NCBI GenBank assembly: GCA_963807565.1
Contig: CAWECH010000013.1
Location: forward strand, 5,246 to 69,245
Direction of reading: 5' to 3'
From: an uncultured Alphaproteobacteria bacterium
GTDB lineage: Bacteria > Pseudomonadota > Alphaproteobacteria > Rhizobiales > Xanthobacteraceae
DNA: 64,000 nt
Shown here: positions 59,294 to 64,000 of the stretch, piece by piece
How positions within the stretch are numbered: the first letter of the stretch is position 1
Layout: each line of letters begins with the position of its first letter
Made by a program: the position numbers and the translations under genes
The notes under the pieces: model-generated
Told to the model about the DNA's origin: nothing
Seen by the model: only the letters and a program-made list of their open reading frames with translations
Database searches by the model: none

Positions 59294-60168
59294 TATTCTA
59301 CACTCCGTGACGCCAGACAGATGCGGCGGGTCGGATCGTCGATCTCCGTTTCGGCCGTCACTATTCCATCAAACAGACCGGGAGTGACGGCGCGAAACGT
59401 AAACGGCGCCACCGCTGCGCTTGGCTTCGCCAGATCGGAATAAGATTGAGAGTCGAGCGCCGGACCAGCATTGCGGGCGGAAACTACCCATTGGTCGAAT
59501 TGCTGCGCCGTTACAGCATCCGCGACAAAGTGCATATCGGCGAAGCCGTCGCCACTGAACTGCGCGGAGAGACCCGGATAGCTTCCCGGATTGTCAGCCT
59601 GCAGCTCGAGATGCGTCGTCATTCCCGACATCGTGTAGATCTGGCTGCCGAGTTGCGGCACGAAGAAACTGTTCATCACTCCTGATGAGGTGAGCTCGAA
59701 GCGAACCGGTGTTCCTGCCGGGATGACCAGATGATTGACGCTGGCGATGCCCTGTTCTGGATAGATGAAGAGCCATTTCCAATCGAGTGAGACCACCTGG
59801 ACGACGAGTGGCTTGGCGTCTGCGCTGATGGGCTTTCGCGGATCGAGGTCATGCGCTCCGACCCAGGCGACACCGCCGACCAGGAGCACGGTCATCGCGG
59901 GTATCGACCAGACAAGCGCTTCAATTCGTCCTGAATATTTAAACTCGGCTTGATATCGGGCGCGATGATTGGAAGACCGAAACCAAAAGGCGACACCCAG
60001 AGTGGCGAGGATTGTCGGAATAACGATCGCCAGCATGATGCCAAGCGAATTGAACAGGATTTGCCGCTCAGCGCCGGTAATCGGTCCCTGCGGGTCTAAA
60101 ACACCGCCATTGCAGCCGCCAAGCAGAGTTGCGCCAATCAGAATGCCCGCTAAGAAGCCATATCGCAT
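59293..60168 (-). CDS. cyoA: Cytochrome o ubiquinol oxidase subunit II (lipoprotein)
   Basis: Start taken at ATG 60168 ([19 protein letters not shown], lipobox); the track ORF extends to 60219. ...[16 protein letters not shown]...[20 protein letters not shown]... It lacks the CuA ligands, as expected for a quinol oxidase. Confidence 0.92.
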   Translation of the reverse strand: MRYGFLAGILIGATLLGGCNGGVLDPQGPITGAERQILFNSLGIMLAIVIPTILATLGVAFWFRSSNHRARYQAEFKYSGRIEALVWSIPAMTVLLVGGVAWVGAHDLDPRKPISADAKPLVVQVVSLDWKWLFIYPEQGIASVNHLVIPAGTPVRFELTSSGVMNSFFVPQLGSQIYTMSGMTTHLELQADNPGSYPGLSAQFSGDGFADMHFVADAVTAQQFDQWVVSARNAGPALDSQSYSDLAKPSAAVAPFTFRAVTPGLFDGIVTAETEIDDPTRRICLASRSVE

Positions 60169-60444
60169 GCCGAGTCTCGTCGATTCAGCTGTCCCCACGC
60201 GAGCGAACTTCAAGAACATGGCCGCGCAGCAAGCGTGCCAACTCGCTCAACATCGGCAGATCGAGACGTGAGGCGCGGCATGGTGGGAGAACTTCACAAA
60301 AGAACCTCGCCGCTCGAAACGCCAATGTTACCGTCAATGTGAAGAATTGAGATACGGCGATCCATTGCACACCCGTCGCAACCGCCGCCCCTATGGTTTT
60401 ACGGGGCTACACCATGGTTTAGGCGGCTTGGCGTCGGGACGCTT

Positions 60445-60975
60445 TCAGCTATCGGAGACCGACTGCAACTCGGCGCGACACTCGTCCGTAAAAGGGCGCA
60501 ACAGATCGATTGTGTGACTTTCGATCAGGCCCCGGAATTCGAGAAACGTCTTGTTCGGCGCAAAATAAGTTTCGACGATCATTCGAATGACGGCCTCTGC
60601 CTTTTCCACGACGGCGAGACTTGAGAGAAGGCGCATCTGACCGACCAGAGCGTAGATACTTACGAGCGCCGAAATGTCGGATTTGTCATGCGAGAGAGCG
60701 TCAGCATACAACTTCGAAGCCTCGCTGATGAATTGTTTGTACAGTGATTGCCGTCTGCTTTTTTCCTGCAGGCGCAATTTGGCCCGATCTTGATGGCGTT
60801 GGGTAAGCCAAGCCGACGCGAGCGACGTCAGGCCGCCTATGGCGGAACCGGCCAGTGCTGCGAAAGCTGTAAAGATGGCTGTGTTATTCACTGACCCGTC
60901 GCCCGCGTTATAATCGCACTTCTCCGCGCTATCCACATGAGACGTTTCAGCGTGCCGCGTTTTAAGTGGCCACAT
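60445..60975 (-). CDS. Hypothetical membrane-anchored protein; start uncertain
   Basis: One TM helix (AIFTAFAALAGSAIGGLTSLASAWL) followed by a helical soluble region. Codon use is AT-richer than in the neighbouring genes. Candidate starts are ATG 60975 and GTG 60936. Confidence 0.4.
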   Translation of the reverse strand: MWPLKTRHAETSHVDSAEKCDYNAGDGSVNNTAIFTAFAALAGSAIGGLTSLASAWLTQRHQDRAKLRLQEKSRRQSLYKQFISEASKLYADALSHDKSDISALVSIYALVGQMRLLSSLAVVEKAEAVIRMIVETYFAPNKTFLEFRGLIESHTIDLLRPFTDECRAELQSVSDS

Positions 60976-61333
60976 CCGGCATGATCTGTCCCATCTCCAT
61001 CGCCTGACTGGCTGGAACCTCTTGAATGCCAAGAACGATCTGGTCATCGGGCGCACCCGTTGCGTCCTGAAGCAATTCCCAGAGGCGTTTGAGCATGCCA
61101 CGCTTGTATTCGGACGAACGGCCAGAACGGATCAAAAGCGTGAGCGATGCTGCCGCTGCCGGCTCCCCTGCCGTGAACCCGTTTCCAGGAGGATACTCCT
61201 GAAAAACGATGTGGACCCAGTTCTTCGGAACGCCGGCATACTCGGAATGAAACGCTGTCACTTCGCCGGCGAGCTCGACCTTCGCCTTGTCGTTCAGCAC
61301 GCCACTCTGCGTCATTATCGTGTAAAGAGGCAT
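60962..61333 (-). CDS. Tautomerase-superfamily protein (fused two-unit 4-OT-like)
   Basis: MPLYTIMTQ... gives Pro1 after Met removal. 123 aa with two beta-alpha-beta units (...HIVFQEYP...; ...IVLGIQEVPA...). Confidence 0.72.
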   Translation of the reverse strand: MPLYTIMTQSGVLNDKAKVELAGEVTAFHSEYAGVPKNWVHIVFQEYPPGNGFTAGEPAAAASLTLLIRSGRSSEYKRGMLKRLWELLQDATGAPDDQIVLGIQEVPASQAMEMGQIMPDVAT

Positions 61334-61350
61334 GGCGTTGGCCTGTGCAA

Positions 61351-63072
61351 TTAACGCGTAAGATTAACCTTCGCCAAATCGATAAGTTGGCCGGCGCGCC
61401 CGTCGAGGACGGCTTTGATCATGAACATTCCAAACTTATGCGCTTCATCGAGCGTCGTGGTCGGCGGCATTACCAGTTCCTGACGGGGGCTGACCACGTC
61501 GAGCAACGCCGGTCCTTTGTGCGCGAGAACTTCCTTAACCGCAGCCGGAAGGTGCTGCGGAGACTCGACGCGAACGCCCTTGATACCCATCGCCTGGGCC
61601 ATTTCGGCGAAATTCGGATTCTTCAGATCGCAGCCGACGTCGAGAAAACCGGACGCCTTCATCTCGAGCTCGACAAATCCCAACGTGCCATTGTTTAGCA
61701 CGACGATCTTCACCGGCAGGTCCGCCTGAAGGAGCGTGACGAACTCGCCCATCATCATGGTGAAGCCGCCATCGCCGGACATCGAGATGACCTGTCGGTC
61801 CGGGAACGCAGCTTGAGCGCCGATCGCATGAAGCATGGAATTCGCCATAGACCCATGGTTGAAGGAACCAACGAGCCGCCGCCGCCCGTTCATCTTCAAA
61901 TAGCGGGCGGTCCACGCAATCGGCGTGCCGACATCGCATGAGAAGATTGCGTCGTCCGCGGCGTGTTCGCTCACAACCCGGGTGAGATACTGCGGATGAA
62001 TCACCGTGCTGTTCGGCCCGCTTTCCGTCAGGGCGTCCAGATCGGCGCGCGCCTTCCGATAGTCACGAAGCACCCGGTCAAGATGGGTAGAGGACGTTTT
62101 CTCGTTGACGAGCGGAAGGAGCGCCTTGAGCGTGTCTTTTACCGATCCGAGGACGCCCTGATCGAGGGGACAACGGTTTCCGAGCGCAGCCGCGCGGATA
62201 TCGATTTGGGCCACCACCGCATTTTCCGGGAAGAATTGGCGGTACGGAAAATCCGCTCCCAGTATCAGTAAGGCGTCGCATTCCTTCATCGCCCAGTAGC
62301 CGGACGCAAAACCAACCAAGCCGGTCATGCCAACATCGAATGGATTGTCATATTCGATGTACTCTTTGCCGCGCAGCGTATGAACGATTGGCGCTTTCAG
62401 CTTACGAGCGAGTTCGACAACTTCGTCATGGGCGCCTTTGCAGCCGGCGCCGCAAAATAAGGTTACACGATCGTTGTCATTCAATAGCAGGGACAAAGCT
62501 GCCAGTTCGTCTTCGTTGGGCCGTGTGATTGGCGCTGACGGCAACAGCCAGTTTGGGACCGGCTTCTTCAGCGGCTTCAGTGCTACGTCTCCCGGAAGCA
62601 CAACGACCGCAACTCCCTTTTGCGAAACCGCGACGCGCATCGCACGCAGCAAAACTTGCGGAAGCTGATCGGGGTGAGACACGAGCTCGACGTAGTGGCT
62701 GCATTCTTTGAACAGAATCTCTGGATGAGTAGACTGGAAATAATCGATGCCAATCTCGCTGCTTGGAATGTGTGCTGCGATTGCCAACACTGGAACGTTG
62801 CTGCGATGCGCGTCGTACAAACCGTTTATGAGGTGCAGGTTGCCGGGTCCGCAGCTGCCGGCGCAGACCGCGAGCTGGCCTGTGAGATGGGCCTCGGCGC
62901 CAGCCGCGAAAGCCGCGCCTTCCTCGTGGCGTACGTGAATCCAGTCTATGGTCTTGAGGCGGCGTAGAGCGTCAGAGAAGCCGTTCAGTGAATCGCCTAC
63001 GACGCCATATATGCGCCTAACACCCGCCTGGGCGAGCGCCTCTGCCATATAGTCGGCCGCGGTCCTGCTCAT
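61351..63072 (-). CDS. poxB: Ubiquinone-dependent pyruvate dehydrogenase / pyruvate oxidase (ThDP- and FAD-dependent)
   Basis: ...IYGVVGDSLNGF...IHVRHEEGAAFAAGA...GSCGPGNLHLINGL... ThDP motif ...GDGGFTMMMGEFVTL...VLNNGTLGFV... The C-terminal amphipathic tail ...LIDLAKVNLTR resembles the E. coli PoxB membrane-binding peptide as I recall it (not checked). Confidence 0.88.
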   Translation of the reverse strand: MSRTAADYMAEALAQAGVRRIYGVVGDSLNGFSDALRRLKTIDWIHVRHEEGAAFAAGAEAHLTGQLAVCAGSCGPGNLHLINGLYDAHRSNVPVLAIAAHIPSSEIGIDYFQSTHPEILFKECSHYVELVSHPDQLPQVLLRAMRVAVSQKGVAVVVLPGDVALKPLKKPVPNWLLPSAPITRPNEDELAALSLLLNDNDRVTLFCGAGCKGAHDEVVELARKLKAPIVHTLRGKEYIEYDNPFDVGMTGLVGFASGYWAMKECDALLILGADFPYRQFFPENAVVAQIDIRAAALGNRCPLDQGVLGSVKDTLKALLPLVNEKTSSTHLDRVLRDYRKARADLDALTESGPNSTVIHPQYLTRVVSEHAADDAIFSCDVGTPIAWTARYLKMNGRRRLVGSFNHGSMANSMLHAIGAQAAFPDRQVISMSGDGGFTMMMGEFVTLLQADLPVKIVVLNNGTLGFVELEMKASGFLDVGCDLKNPNFAEMAQAMGIKGVRVESPQHLPAAVKEVLAHKGPALLDVVSPRQELVMPPTTTLDEAHKFGMFMIKAVLDGRAGQLIDLAKVNLTR

Positions 63073-63135
63073 GTTGGAAACCTATCCGGTATGCCCATCT
63101 CGCCCGCGAGCCAGCGACGCTATTCGCGGCGGTAG

Positions 63136-63936
63136 CTAAGCGGCATAGTTTTTCAGAATCCGTAGATCGGTGACAGAGTACGCCATCCCGAGGCGGTAGC
63201 CTCGGCCTACTCGCTTCGGCCCAATGAGATGCATCTCTTCGCCCTGCACTTCGGGCATTCGCAGCTCTGCCGACCCGGCCCATACATCGACGATGGCGAG
63301 ATTGTCTGTCAGCGACATCGTCAATTCGTCGACCGCCGGCTTATGCTGACCGGCCTTGGCAAGTTGCGGAAAATACCGGCGCATTACCGTCGGCCGATTG
63401 AAGACTTTCGACGGATCGGTAACTTGTTCTTCAAGCTGGATTCGCGCCGTTGCCAGGCGCTCTCCATGGGCCGTAAGGCTTGCGCCGAAGCGGCTTCCCT
63501 TCGCAAGCGGCGCTGCGGCAGGGCTGGGCGCAGAGAAGCTGCGCGTCTGGAAGACGCTCCCCAGCTTCTTCGGGAAACCCTGAGACCAGCCGCGCGCAAT
63601 CGCGGCATCATTGTCAACGAAAATGAATGGGCAGTAGTTAATTGGTGTGCCTTCGAAGACGGCTTCGACCAAGGCAAAGGCCTCTCGGTACTGATAACGC
63701 GCTGGGTCGGTCAATTCGTCGTTCGAGGCCGTGAACTGCCAGTCGAGGAACCAGAAGAATGACCGCCCGCCGGATTTTTCGTCGACAGTAACGCCAGGCG
63801 GGAGAAGTGCAGCGATGGCGGCCGGATCAGCCCAGTACTCAACGACAAGACAATCGCTCGAGTAGTGCCACGGCGGCAGAGTCGCGAGTGGGGATTTTCC
63901 GCCGGGCGTAAGAGGAACTGTAAACCCTTGAAGCAT
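63136..63936 (-). CDS. Acetoacetate decarboxylase (ADC) family protein
   Basis: ATG 63936 with SD GAGGA. ...LPPWHYSSDCLVVEYWADP..., ...YREAFALVEA...PFIFVDNDAAIARGWSQGFPKKLG... (Lys-containing ADC-like block). Confidence 0.82.
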   Translation of the reverse strand: MLQGFTVPLTPGGKSPLATLPPWHYSSDCLVVEYWADPAAIAALLPPGVTVDEKSGGRSFFWFLDWQFTASNDELTDPARYQYREAFALVEAVFEGTPINYCPFIFVDNDAAIARGWSQGFPKKLGSVFQTRSFSAPSPAAAPLAKGSRFGASLTAHGERLATARIQLEEQVTDPSKVFNRPTVMRRYFPQLAKAGQHKPAVDELTMSLTDNLAIVDVWAGSAELRMPEVQGEEMHLIGPKRVGRGYRLGMAYSVTDLRILKNYAA

Positions 63937-64000
63937 GTCTGCGTGTCCTCGATCTGCGGCGCCGCAGGGAGTAACCACCACGTGCAGCCTGATAATTAAA

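Overview
This is a 64-kb high-GC chromosomal window. Its gene content and order (ihfA-fabH-plsX-yceD...bamE, hppA; glyA-nrdR-ribD-ribE-ribH-nusB-thiL; cyoABCD) fit a Bradyrhizobium/Rhodopseudomonas/Afipia-type (Nitrobacteraceae) alphaproteobacterium. I call about 68 protein genes, six intrinsic terminators, one coding repeat block and one sigma-factor promoter motif. I recognised no rRNA, tRNA, CRISPR array, transposase, integrase, phage gene or known defence gene. Core housekeeping blocks alternate with accessory metabolic and detoxification modules: three ACMSD/LigW-type amidohydrolase-2 genes plus one amidohydrolase-3 gene; an SBP-fold decarboxylase-like gene; an ECF41 sigma + CMD module; an HxlR/DoxX/isochorismatase/haloperoxidase-like locus; a FUSC-type efflux pump; and a PoxB + acetoacetate-decarboxylase-like + tautomerase cluster next to cyoABCD. 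The main caveat is that eight otherwise intact genes carry 12 frame breaks that all behave like +1 insertions, nine of them visibly in short same-base runs. The assembly therefore probably contains indel errors rather than real pseudogenes. Four items seem most worth follow-up. (1) A tight 4-gene operon with two tandem MetE/UROD-like putative Zn-enzyme paralogs of unknown function (38852-42469). (2) A 1.4-kb gene-poor, hairpin-rich region with Cys-rich small ORFs upstream of hppA (6546-7967). (3) A scattered set of small secreted proteins. (4) A cupin with a histone-H1-like tail. None can be given a function from sequence alone, and I cannot claim a new system with confidence.
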